A DNA stretch of 64,000 nucleotides. Source: Chiloscyllium plagiosum (lineage: Eukaryota). The stretch lies in contig NC_057718.1 of the NCBI RefSeq assembly GCF_004010195.1, positions 11,861,640-11,925,639 on the forward strand, written 5' to 3'. Below the pieces are notes generated by a model. It saw nothing but the letters and a program-made list of their open reading frames with translations, had not been told where the DNA came from and did no database searches. Below are positions 36,606-48,599 of this stretch, one piece after another; the stretch's first letter is position 1, and each line of letters starts with the position of its first letter. The position numbers and the translations under genes were made by a program.

Positions 36606-37449
36606 CAGATTACAACAGGATCTTACCTCAGATTGCAACAGGATCTGGACCAGATGGGCCAATGGGCTGAGAAGTGGCAGATGGAGGCAGGACTTATACA
36701 CTTAATGGTAAGGTCCGAGGGAGTGTTGCTGAACAAAGAGACATTGGAGTGTAGGTTCATAACTCCTTGAAATTGGAGTCACAGGTAGATAGGATAGTGA
36801 AGATGGCATTTGGTATGCTTTCCTTTATTGGTCAGAGTATTGAGTACAGGAGTTGGGAGGTCATGTTGCGGTTGTTCAGGACATTGGTTAGGCCACTGTT
36901 GGAATATTGCGTGCAATTCTGGTCTCCTTCTTATCGGAAATATGTTGTGGAATTTGAGAGGGTTCAGAAAAGATTTACAAGGATGTTGCCAGGGTTGGAG
37001 GATCTGAGCTACAGGGAGAGGCTGAACAGACTGGGGCTGTTTTCCCTGGAGCGTCAGAGGCTGAGGGGTGACCTTATAGAGGTTTACAAAATTATGAGGG
37101 GCACAGATAGGATAAATAGACAAAGTCTTTTCCCTGGGGTCGGGGAGTCCAGAACTAGAGGGCATAGGTTTAGGGTGAGAGGGGAAAGATATAAAAGAGA
37201 CCTAAGGGGCAACCTTTTCACGCAGAGGGTGGTATTTGTATGGAATGAGCTGCCAGAGGAAGTGGTGGAGGCTGGTACAATTGCAACATTTAAGAGGCAT
37301 ATGGATGGGTATATGAATAGGGAGGGTTTGGAGGGATATGGGTCGGGTGCTGGCTGGTGGGACTAGATTGGGTTGGGATATCTGGTTGGCATGGACGGGT
37401 TGGACCGAAGGGTCTGTTTCCATGCTGTACATCCCTATGACTATGACTC
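36606..37449 (+). mobile_element. Young 5'-truncated CR1 nested in the older CR1
   Basis: Open 199-aa C-terminal ORF (36767-37366), (CTATGA)n tail, TSD TAGCCT (36600-36605 and 37450-37455). Confidence 0.95.
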
Positions 37450-37704
37450 TAGCCTATTAGTGGAAAAGTACTGGAATCAATTATTAAGGAAGTAATAGCA
37501 GCACATTTGAAAAATTGTAATCTAATCTAGCAGAGTTAGCATGGCTTCATGAAAGGGAAATTCTATCTAACTAGTTTATTAGAGTTTTCAGAGGAAGTCT
37601 CAATCAGAATAGATAGAGGGGAACCAGTAGATGTGGTGCATTTGGACTTCCAGAAGGCATTCAACAAGGTACCTCACAAAAGGTTAAATCATAAGTTAAT
37701 GAAA

Positions 37705-38350
37705 GAATTAGTTTTATTGTCACATGTACTCACATGAGTACAGTGAAACCTTTACAAGTGAGCACTCACAGTGCCATCTTAGGTCAAAGATGCCGAGGTA
37801 CAGGCTCTTGAATGCACATTCCAGGGAAGAAAAAGAAGGAAAGAAAAGAAATAAAAAGTTCAGAATAACAGTTTGTCCATGAGAGTATAATTTTAAAAAT
37901 TATGAAAGAGAAATTAGTCCGCTTCATGGCTCTAGGTTCAAGGGTCCCAGGCCAGGTCCCTATGATGCCGAATAAAATCCAAATGGAGGCTCATATTGAT
38001 GCCGAAGCTGCCACAAGGAGACCCAGCAGACACCGATAAAAACCGCCACTGAAGCCACCGAAAGGAGTTCCAGGCTGCCACAGAAATACATTCCACACCG
38101 CTGCTGAAGCCAGTGAAGAAGAGGCCCAGGCCTGGAATCCCAGGCCTGAACACACCTCTTCTTCAAAGCCGCTGCCAAAGTAGCCTAGTTGAAGGACCCA
38201 CCAGGACACAGCCACAAGGAACAGCTAGATCCATATCGCATTCTCCGCAGCAGCAGCCTCTCAGAGCCTATTTTACAGCGTTCAATCTGGCAGTAGCTTC
38301 TCAGGATGTTGCTCTCACAGGACCTGAGTTAACAGTCGCCATCTTCACAT
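37705..38350 (-). mobile_element. Non-coding retroposon with AAGATGGCG 5' end and Rex1/Babar-like tail
   Basis: Interrupts the CR1 RT. Minus strand starts aagatggcga and ends cactgtactcatgtgagtacatgtgacaataaa. Confidence 0.7.
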
Positions 38351-38685
38351 GAGCCACACTCTGGGACATGTGCCCATGATGTTGGAGGTAGTATACTGGT
38401 GTAGATAGAGAATTGTCTAATGGGCAGAAACCAGCAAGTGGGGATAAGGGATTGTTTTTCAGGTTGGCAATGTAACCAATGGGGGTCCACTGGGATCAGT
38501 GCTTGGACCACAACTGTTTACAATATATATTAACAATTTGGAGAGAGGAAGCAGATGTACTGTAGCCAAATTTGCAAACAATATAAAAGTAGTCATGATT
38601 TGGAGATGCCGGTGTTGGACTGGGGTGTACAAAGTTCAAAATCACACAACACCAGGTTATAGTCCAACAGGTTTAATTGGAAGCA

Positions 38686-38720
38686 CACTAGCTTTCGGAG
38701 CGTCGCTCCTTCATCAGGTG
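38686..38720 (-). ncRNA. Minimal hammerhead ribozyme motif, intact
   Basis: CAC-CTGATGA-A-GGAGC-GAC-GCTCC-GAAA-GC-TA-GTG. Confidence 0.85.
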
Positions 38721-38745
38721 GTTGTGGACAACACCTGTTGACAAC

Positions 38746-38780
38746 CACCTGATGAAGGAGTGACGCTCCGAAAGCTAGTG
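38746..38780 (+). ncRNA. Minimal hammerhead ribozyme motif, intact
   Basis: CAC-CTGATGA-A-GGAGT-GAC-GCTCC-GAAA-GC-TA-GTG. Predicted cleavage after 38777. Confidence 0.85.
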
Positions 38781-39447
38781 TGCTTCCAATTAAACCTGTT
38801 GGACTAAAACCTAGTGTTGTGTGATTTTTAACAATATAAAAGTAGGTGGAAAGCCAAGTTGCAAGAGGGATACAAACACTTTACACAGAGATATTGATAG
38901 GTTATGTAAGTGGGCAAAAAACTGGCAAATGGAATGTAATGTGGGAAAATGCAAAGTTATTCATTTTGGAAGGGAGAACAACAGAACAATATTACTTAAA
39001 TGGAGAAAAACTGCAGAAAGCTACAACATAAACGGACTTGGGGGTACTTGTGCATGAAACACTGAAAGCCAATATACAAGTGTAGCAGGTAATCATGAAA
39101 GCTAATGGAATGTTGGCCCTTATTTCAAGGAGTTTAGAGTACAAGGGTAGGGAAGTCTTACTACAACCGAACAAGGTGCTGGTGACACCTATTCTGGAGT
39201 ACTATATATTGCTTTGGTCCCTTCATTTAAGGAAAGCTATCATTTCATGGGAGGCAATTCAGAAGAATTTCGCTAAGATGATCCCCTGTATGGTGGGTCT
39301 GTCTTCTGAGCAAAGAGTTAAACGGGTTGGGACTCATTGAAATTTAGAAGAATGGGAGGTATTCTCTTTGACACATACAGCATTCCTAAGGGGCTTGACA
39401 GGTAATGCTGAGAGGATGATTCCCCTCACGGGAGAGTCAAGGACTAG

Positions 39448-39747
39448 AGATTAGATTAGATTACTTACAGTGTGGAAACAAGCCCTTCGGCCCAACAAGT
39501 CCACACTGACCCTCCGAAGAACAACTCACCCAGACCCATTCCCCTACATCTAACACTACGGGCAATTTAGCATGGCCAATTCACTTAACCTGCACACTTT
39601 TGGACTGTGGGAAGAAACCAGAGCACCTGGAGGAAACCCATGCAGACACGGGGAGAATGTGCAAACTCCACACAGACAGTTGCCTAAGGCGGGAATTGAA
39701 CCTAGGTCTCTGGCACTGTGAGGCAGCAGTGCTAACCACTGTGCCAC
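39448..39747 (-). mobile_element. HE1-type V-SINE nested in CR1
   Basis: Family homology and (TTAGA)n. Confidence 0.93.
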
Positions 39748-40716
39748 TGAGGCACAGTCTCAGAATAAAGGGACATCAATTTAATACTGAGTTGAGGAGG
39801 AATTTCTTCCCTCACAGGACTGAGAGTCTTTGGAACTGCTTGCCACAGAGAGTTGTGGGGACAGAGTCCTTGTGTATATGATGGCTAAGATAGAAAGATT
39901 CTTGATCAGTGGCGGAATCAAGGGTTCCAGGGAAATTGCAGGAAAATGGATGTGAGGAATGTCAGATCAGCCATGATCCTATTGAATAGTGCAGCAGGCT
40001 CAGTGGGCTGAACAGCCTACTCCTGTTCACATTTCATATGGTCTTATGGTGGCTAATGTGAGTTGGTGATGGAAGGGCTGAAGGCTTACCCTGTTGAATG
40101 GGGGCCCAATCAAATGGAGGTGATGTGACTTCAATGGTGTCGACCTTCTAGAGTGCTAGTGGACCTGCACTCATCCAGGCAATCAGAGATTGTATTCCAT
40201 CATACCCTTGACTTTGACATTGTAGATGCTCTGTTTGCATCCACCCAGACATTTGGGAAATTAAGAACATTGGTAAAGAAATCCCCATCAAGTTGTTCCT
40301 GCCTTCATAGAATTATTAACTGTGAGCTTGAGGCTTCCTCCTCTCGCCCCATGATAACAAACAGCTGAATGAAATACCTACCACATGCATTTATTGAAGC
40401 AAAAATAAATTCTAAGAAATTCTTTTGGAATGCTCTCTCAAGCCCACAAAACCCAAAATTAAAAAAAGCATACAAAACACCTAATATGTGGGAAATCAGA
40501 TTAACGCATAAAATAGCACCATGATGCTATCTGAAATTAGATTAGATGCCCAAACCATCCGCAGTCTAACTGAACTCAAATGTCTGAGGCTGAACAAATT
40601 GATTTAACCCATAAAAAAGCAGCTCCAGTATATCTATGATCACAAACATATTGTAGCACAGGCAGCACACAATTAAAATGTTCAATGCTTTTAAAAAATA
40701 GCTGTATGTATGTAAA

Positions 40717-41010
40717 TAGATTAGATTCCCTACAGTGTGGAAACAGGCCCTTCGGCCCAACAAGTCCACACCGACACTCCAAAATGAAACCCACCCAGAC
40801 CCACTGACTAATGCACTTAACACTCTGGGCAATTTAGCATGGCCAATTCACCTAACCTGCACATCTTTGGACTGTGGGAAGAAACTAGAGCACATCTACA
40901 CAGACACAGGGAGAATGCGCAAACTCCACACAGACAGTCACCCGAGGCTGGAATCGAACCAGGGACCCTGGTGCTGTGAGACAGCAATGCTAACCACTGA
41001 GCCACCAAGC
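40717..41010 (-). mobile_element. HE1-type V-SINE
   Basis: Family homology; B box on the minus strand. Confidence 0.93.
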
Positions 41011-42164
41011 CACCACACTACCCCTATCCTTAGACTCTGAATTCCAGATTTTTATTGAATTCTGTCATGGCAGGATTTCAAAAACATTATCAGGGTCTCT
41101 GAATTAACAGTACACTGATAATACTGCTGGGTCATCGTCTCCCTAACTGTCCTCCATGTCCCTACTGTGGCTCACTGAGACATAATCTAATTGACTTTCA
41201 CATCACTTTAGGAGAGAACATGATGCCAAGTCTACATGGACAGAAGAACACTGTATTTTAAATGGTTTATTATCTTTGATCACTTTTTTTATTGATGCAA
41301 GTCTCAGAAATAATAATTTAAACAAATTCTTGCTATCTGGAATGTAGAAAAATAACAGTTGGACAACAGTTATTTGTATTTAGTCAGTTGGGGAATTTTG
41401 CTTCTCAGCCCAATAATAGGAATAAATATTTCTCTAAAGGAAAGAATTTGCAATATCTTTGTTCTTTCCCTTACAGGGCTTTGGGAGTCGTGAGTCCCTT
41501 TAGCTCCTTTGAGGTTATGTCTGCACTGTCTGGTCTAAATCGTCAATCACGTGTGGAACGATAGAGTTTTATACTATCTATTTTAAATTGCTACTCTGTT
41601 AAGCTAAACTAAACTAAGAGGCTGGAATGTCTGCAGCTTAGACAAAGCCTCTTTAAGAGCACATGAACATATGGAAATATCTTATATTGAAATTCTGGCT
41701 GCAACCCCTGTCTGGAATCTCTTGATTCACTTGGGGTTTCTGAGTTTAACTTTTCAGCAATGCAGCTGTATGGTTGAGAGAAATTTTAAATGTTATCACA
41801 CCAACGCTATGATATAAAATTGTACCAGCCACTAGACCTGACTTTTACCCAGGGCTACATTTTACCAGCTTTCAGTGGACTATGCTTTGATCCCTCTGCG
41901 AAGTAGCAGGAAAGGTATTTCTGATACAACGGGCTGCATTCCTGTTGAAGACTACGAGTCCAGCATTTCTGACATGAAATTCTGATCAGGACTACTTCAG
42001 AAATACGGAACTGTTCCACCATTCTGACAGGTCCCTTGCAGCATAGATCAATCATGGGAAGGAAAACCAAGCCCCCTCTTTCACAGCAATCAGTTGCTAC
42101 AATCTGTGATCTAAAGGTCCAGCATCTAAAAGGCTGCAACCAGTAAGTACATACCGTAAGGACG

Positions 42165-42640
42165 TAGTTAGGGTGCTGGGAGGGTAAGGTGCCAGATGGA
42201 TAATCAGGAAGGGTGCCAAGTAAGTAAGTGTGTCGGGTAGGGATAGGGTGCCAATTAGGTAGATACCAAGTAAGTAGCGTATCAAGCAGATGTTGTATCA
42301 AGAGGGTAAGGGGCAGGTACCAGAGAGCAGAGTGCCAAAGGGTAGGGTGTCAAGTGAGTAGGGGGTAGGGTGCAAGAGAGAGAGAGTGACAGGTGACCAG
42401 GGTGCCAGTTCAGTAAGGTGACTAGAATCCCACGGCACAAGGAGGTAAATGGGCCAGATAATTGTTTAGGGTGGCTTAGAGGTGTTGGGTTGGCTGCAGG
42501 GCAGGAAGATACACTGGAGGGGTATTTGGGTCTGGTTGTGCGGTCCTGGCCTAGGGTGAGTGAGATTGTGAGGTCTTTGGAGGGAGGGAGAAGGTTGGGT
42601 CATGGTCTGGGGATTTTAATGATCTGGGGGAAGTGTAGTT
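42165..42640. repeat. G-rich degenerate minisatellite (GGGTGCCA-like units)
   Basis: Repeated gggtgcca/gggtag motifs with strong strand asymmetry. Confidence 0.6.
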
Positions 42641-42669
42641 GATATAGATCAGATGACGAGATCCAGATA

Positions 42670-43222
42670 TGTCATTTACTATCACAAACATCTAGAAATA
42701 CACAGTGAAAAGTGTTTTGTCGCCACAATCTGGCACATTTTGAGTTACAAAAACGAATGAAAGAAAATTACACAAATAGAGTTCATCTTCTGTACAAGTT
42801 CAGAGACAGTTCCAGGGATTCTGCAACGTGTTCCAGGCCTCAAGGAGTCCCCGAACTTCAGGCCTACCACAGGCAGGAGCTGACAACCCACCAAGCACTG
42901 CCACAGATGGTGATCTGCCAAGTCCACACTTCAGGCCTACCACAGGCAGGAGTCCTCACACCTGGCAATGCTACTGCCATAGTCGAAGGCCTGCTGAGAC
43001 CCTAACTGCATGCTCCAGGCCTACTGTAACGAGAAGTTCTTGCTGCGGGCATCACCATCACTGCAGCTGATGACCCGTCAAGCACTGCTCCAGCTTCCCC
43101 ATGATGTCAGAAGACGAAGAAAAGAAAAAAGAGAAAGAAGAAGACAAGAAAGGAGAGAAAGAGAAAGATGCGGCTGGCCTGGAGCCTGAACACTACCTAC
43201 CGTGCCAGCGCCACCATCTTCT
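42670..43222 (-). mobile_element. Non-coding retroposon, same architecture as 37705-38350
   Basis: Left end tttactatcaca...cagtgaaaagtg, right end gccaccatctt. Internal ~72-bp duplication ttcaggcctaccacaggcaggag. Confidence 0.6.
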
Positions 43223-44071
43223 GTTAGGGACCAGTTTAATGGTTATTCAAGAGTTAGATTAAGTATTTAACTGTATAAGTTTTCTTGGTTAACCCTCCAA
43301 ATTCTCTGATTTAAATGGTCACTTGCAAAAGATTTCATTCCTAGGCAAGCTTATGGAGTCTGCTACGTTGGATCCTCATGTGCTACTCACATCTAGAAAT
43401 GATAATTTGGCCAAAGGAAAGTCTGGGCCAATATGCTTAACTACTGGTAATAATGTATATATTTATCACCATGGATGCTACAGACATAACCCAAATATCA
43501 TTGTCAGAATAAGTTGACAATTTCACTAAAGATCCCAACAGATGAAATTTACAAATGGGTTTTCGATGCCATACAGTACCTATAGGAAAGGCAGAATGAT
43601 CCCTGCATTAATAAACACTGAAATTGCCAGTATAGAAGCAAGATGTCACAGATTGATGTTGGAATCTGAAATAAAACAAAAACATTGAACATACTCAGGC
43701 AGTATCTGAAGTAAACACAGTTAACATTTCAAGTCGAGATGGCTTTTCATTGGAACTGAAGCAAGACAGAAATGTCAAATATTTTGATCCAGTGGAAGAG
43801 GTGAGGGGGCTGAAAAAACTAAAGGGGAGACTTTACAGGACAGATTAAATGACAAAAGCTTTGACAGTAAAAAAGTCAAAGAGAGTGGTAATGATAAAAT
43901 ATAAAAGAACAAAAGATGTGACCAGATGAGCTGTGAATGGTCACAGAGCTGTCTTTGGAAAACAATGTGAAGGAACAAAGAAAGAGATGGGATAATTCCA
44001 AACGAGAAAACATATAGAAGAGAGAGGCAGAAGATACAATCTAAACTTGTTGAATCAAGTATTGAATTCAG

Positions 44072-44280
44072 AAGCAAAAACAGAAATTGCTGGAAAAACT
44101 CAGCAAGTCTGATGGCATATGTGAAAGAAGGCAGAGTTAATGTTTCGGGTCCAGTCACCGTTTTTCAGAATAGTTCTGAACTCTGTTTTCTCTCCACAGA
44201 TGCTGTCTGACCTGCTGACATTTTCTAACAATTTCTGTTTTGTTTCTGATTTCCAGTATTATCTGTTCTTTTGTTTTTTT
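44072..44280. repeat. Palindromic PLE-pLTR-derived element
   Basis: Arms aaaacagaaattgctggaaaaactcagca / tgctgacattttctaacaatttctgtttt. HHR remnant at 44137-44170 (-). aattcagaag on both flanks. Confidence 0.75.
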
Positions 44281-44369
44281 TAATTCAGAAGATGAGAGTG
44301 CCTGCTGAAAGATGAGATGCTATTCCTTTAGCTTCTGTTGAGCTTCATTAGATCACTGTAACAACTTGG

Positions 44370-44645
44370 CCAAAGAGGGGACATGGATTTAATGTAAAAG
44401 GGGTAAGTTTGAAAGAAATGGGAGAGGCAAGCTTTTTACACAGAGGGTTGTAAGTGCCTGGAATATGCTGACAGAAGAGGTGAGGCAATGTTTAAGTAGT
44501 GTCTTGATAGATATATGAATAGGCAGGGAAAAGAGAGATACCAATCACATAGAGGCTAAAGGCTTTTCATTTAGAAAGGCATCATGTGTTGGTCCAGTCT
44601 TGGTGGGCTGAAGGGCCTGTTCCTATACTGTACTTTTCTTTGATC
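44370..44645 (+). mobile_element. CR1 3' end nested in the PLE remnant
   Basis: RGHGF...FTQRVVSAWN remnant and gggctgaagggcctgttcc UTR. Confidence 0.8.
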
Positions 44646-45307
44646 TTTGAAAGGTCAGAGTGGAAGCAAGGTGGAGAATTAAAATTACAAGGCAACAGGA
44701 AGCTCAATATTAGCAAACTGAACAAAAAGATATGTTGCAAAATGGTTACCCAGTCTGCAATTGGCCTCGTCAGTTTGAAACAAGCCACATTGTGAGCAGC
44801 AAATACACTAAACTGAAAGAAGTAGAAGTAAATCATTGCTTTACTTGGAAGGTATGTTTGGACCTTGGACAGCGATAAGGAAGATGCAAAAGGTAAACTG
44901 ACATTGCTGCCTGGCAAAGTTTAGTCCAGAAACACAGCTAAAGGGATAGAAGGAAATCCAGTGTGGTTCAAATGCAACAAGAGATATATTGTTACTTTGA
45001 AATCGTTTTACCTATTCTATGCCACTGAAGCAGATGGCTGCCTTGCTAACTGTAGAGGAAAGTGTGACCTGGTTGAAAGAAACCTCATCACAGTCATTTG
45101 TTGAAAAGGTACAGAAAATTGGTCAAGCAGATGGTACCTCACCAAATTGCTGTAAGCACCTTTATTATAGCCCCATTAGCTGCAATACAATACAATACAA
45201 CACAATACAGCACAGGAACAGAACCTTCAGCCCACCAAGACTACACCGATTTCTATTCCTTATTTAGACCCACTACTTGTTGACCGTATGTGGTTTCTAT
45301 CCCTCCA

Positions 45308-45894
45308 CAGAGGAACCTCGATTATCCAAATACCAATTATCCGAAAATCAGATTATCCGAAGGAGATCTTGAGGTCCCGTCCGAAACATTACATCAAAGA
45401 CAGGTTTTCAACAATGATCGCGTCTTTATTTTACAGTGATTAAACATCTCCAAATGACTGCCCCCACGCCCCATCTCTCTCTTGCCCCACACTTTCCCTG
45501 GAGTTCTACACAGGGGTGTACCCTAAAGCCCCCTTCCCCAGATAATCTCTCTAACATTGACCTGTACAGGGCAAAAGTGGAACCTGCCAAAAAGTTGCAT
45601 CAAAAAGTTGTGTGTATGGCTGTGGCTTGTGTGTGTGTGCTATTTGGAAACCTATCCCACAATGGCAGCAGCAGCAGTCTTGTTGTTGGTGCACAGGCTA
45701 GACGCCCCGAAGACATGGTGTGGGGGGGGGGGTGGAGGCTTGTGCGCTGTGTGCTGCTGCAGTCTCCTGAACGGGGAGCAGATTTTAAAAACTCCAAGCT
45801 CCAGAGGAAAAGCATTTAATCGATTAACCAAGTAATCAATTATCCGAACAAAATAGTGCCTGCCCATCTCATTCAAATAATCGAGGTTCCCCTG
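45308..45894. mobile_element. Tigger-like non-autonomous DNA transposon, 587 bp (same TIR family as 8151-8314)
   Basis: TIRs CAGAGGAACCTCGATTAT / ATAATCGAGGTTCCCCTG, TA on the right and CA on the left. Subterminal ATTATCCGA repeats. Confidence 0.88.
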
Positions 45895-47387
45895 TATTTG
45901 CCTCCCTATGTGTCTATTAAGATATGCCTTAAACGTTGCTAGCATGCCTATTTCTACCACCTCCACTGGCACTGTATTCCAGGCATCCACACTCACTGTG
46001 AAAAGTTTTTCCCACACATCTCTCCGCGGCCTTTGTAGTTGATCTGTCCACACTGGGAAAGAGCTCTTACTATCCACCCTATCTATGCCTCTCATAATTT
46101 GGTAGACCTCTATAGGTCGCCCCTCAGCCTCTGTCTTTCCAGTGAAAACAATCCAAATTTATCCAACCTTCCTCACAACTAAAACCATTCAGAGCAACAT
46201 CTTGGTAAACCTTCTGTGCACCCTCTCCAAAGCATCTATGTATTTCTGGTAGTGTGGTGACTAGGATTGCATGCAATACTTCAAATGTAGTCAAACTGAA
46301 GTTTTATACAGCTGTAACATAGTTTGCCAACTTTTATATTTGATGCCTCAGACGATGAAGGCAAGCATGCTGTATGCCTTCTTGACCACCTTATTCCCTG
46401 TGTTGTCGCTTTCAGGGAACTGTGGATCTGTACACCCAGGTCCCTATGTATGTCAATGCTCCCATTGTATTTATTGCCATTTATTGTATAATCACACCTG
46501 AATTTGATTTTCCAAAATGCATCACCTCACATTTGTCTGGATTAAGCTCCATTTGGCATTGCTCTGCTCAAATCTGCGGTCAATCTATATCGTGCTGAAT
46601 TCTTTGACAATCCTGCTCACTATCTGCAACTCCGCCAATTCTAGTGTCATCTGCAAAGTTACTAATCAGGTCACCTATATTTTCCTCCAGATCATTTATG
46701 TATATTACAAATAACAAAGGTCCTAGCACTGATCCCTGCAAAACACTACGAGTTACTGATCTCCATTCTGAAAAGCACCCTTTCACCACTATTCTCTATC
46801 TTCTTAGATCAAGCCAGTTTTGTATTCATCAAGTCAGTCCACTCCAGATCCCATGAGAGTTTACCTTATGTACAGCCTGTCATGAGTACCTTATCAATGC
46901 CTTCCTAAAGTCCATGCAGACAATATCCACTGACCTTCCCTCATCAAATACTCTTGTCACCTCCTCAAGATACTCAATCAAGTTGGTGAGACATGATCTT
47001 CCCTGCACAAACCCATGCTGCTGATCACTAACAAGTCAATTTGCTTCTATGTATGAATAAATCCCAGCTCTTAGTATCTTCTCCAACAGCTTCCCCACAC
47101 ACAGCCTGTAATTACCTGGATTATCTCTGTCTCCCTTCTTAAACAAAGGAACAGTATTGGCCATTCTCCAGTCCTCTGGAACCTTGCCTGAGGTCAAAGA
47201 GGATACAAAGATATCTGTTAAGGCCCCAGCTTTTTTTTTTACCTTGCCTCCCACAGTATCTTGGGATAAATCCCATCTGGCCTTGGGGACATGTCTACCT
47301 TAACATATTTCAAAACACCCAACACTTTCTCCTTCATTATGTTGACCTGCCCAAAAGTACTCATACTCCTTTCCCTAACCTCAACAC

Positions 47388-47589
47388 AGAACATAGAACA
47401 TAGAAGAATACAGCGCAGTACAGGCCCTTCGGCCCTCGTTGTTGCACCGATCCAAGCCCACCTAACCTACACTAGCCCACTATCCTCCATATGCCTATCC
47501 AATGCCCGCTTAAATGCCCATAATGAGGGAGAGTCCACCACTGCTACTGGCAGGGCATTCCATGAACTCACGACTCGCTGAGTAAAGAA
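47388..47589 (-). mobile_element. Very young 5'-truncated CR1 3' end nested in the older CR1
   Basis: Three differences in ~200 bp versus 26605-26806. Confidence 0.95.
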
Positions 47590-48599
47590 ACATCTCTCAC
47601 ATCCCTCTGTTTGGTGAATAGTGATGTGAAGTACTCATTAAAGATGTCACCCATTTGCTCTGACTTCCCCCATAACCTCCCTCATTCATCCCTGAGTGGG
47701 CCTACACTTTCCCTAGCTACCCTTTTGCTCCTAAAAATGCCTTGGGATTCTCCTTAATCCTGCTGTCCAAGGACATTCCATAGCCCCTTTTTGCCCTCCT
47801 AACTCCCCATTTGAGCTCATTCCTATTCAAAACATTTTAGCAAGGAGTTGGGTAAAAAAAAACACAATCAAAACTGTTATACACTTGCCATAAACTGAAT
47901 ACCACAAAAGCGAAAATGACTTCACAGAGGGCCAATTGTAAGCTGTATAAGTGGAAGATAGTTATACTCCTGGGTTAACTGACTTTACCAGGGCAGAGTT
48001 TTGTAGAATAAATTCAGCGCAATAATTTAAGTATTATTGACAAACCTCAACAACTCAGTTTGTTTTTACCACACGAGGTGCTCGATCATCCTCAGAAACA
48101 GCATGTTGAAAACTATCATTGTGTCCATAAATAGAAAGTAGCCACCTCAAGGACTCAAAAGTGTTTTGTCCAAGTTTCATAAAAACTCGGCAGGCTTCCA
48201 AACTTGACTTGGCAGCTTTAACACTGGAGAAGACCTACTCAGAGCACAGCTGGAGCAGAAATTGAACAAAACCATCGCTCATACAGCTGCATCTTAAAAC
48301 AAATTTCTACTGGGAGCGAAGCCATTGGCCATACAAGTGTGAGATGCACTTTTCACCAACCCATTACCCAGTCCAACATGGTAGTAAAATAAATCCTTAA
48401 CAGATGAAATTGTACTGCAAAACAAAATATTTCTCTAATGAACTTTGAGTTGTCTTCAAATGATGTTTTGATTGATAAGCAGAATATACATCTAATGGGT
48501 TTGGTCAACTCTTTGCTTCTGACAGCAGGTCTAGCAGTATTTGTGGGAAGAAAGCAGGATTCATGTTTTGGGGACTCTTCATCAGAACTGATAACAATA

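Larger units (their letters stand above)
38593..38829. mobile_element. Palindromic double-hammerhead insertion (PLE-pLTR-derived)
   Basis: 92-bp arms (38634-38725 and 38741-38832, 4 mismatches). 16-bp direct repeat AACAATATAAAAGTAG (38577-38592 and 38830-38845). Confidence 0.92.
36450..40050 (+). mobile_element. Decayed CR1 LINE hosting four nested insertions
   Basis: EIVDAL..IFQ, HGFMKGK, HLDFQKAFNKVPH, KFANNIKVGG and WQMECNVGKC motifs, plus 3' UTR, all in order once the inserts are removed. Confidence 0.9.
43655..44915 (-). mobile_element. Old Neptune-like PLE 3' remnant with nested inserts
   Basis: Homology to 48850-49260 and 52080-52400 (LNSILDSTSL region; CSQCGL remnant at ~44780-44800). 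Confidence 0.65.
45185..47825 (-). mobile_element. Decayed CR1 LINE
   Basis: VPEDWRMAN, LQGSVLGPLLF and NFADDTRIGG motifs, with a (TTGTA)n tail. Confidence 0.92.

Noticed and set aside
36767..37366. 199-aa ORF as a host gene
   Set aside because: It is the C-terminus of a 5'-truncated CR1 ORF2.
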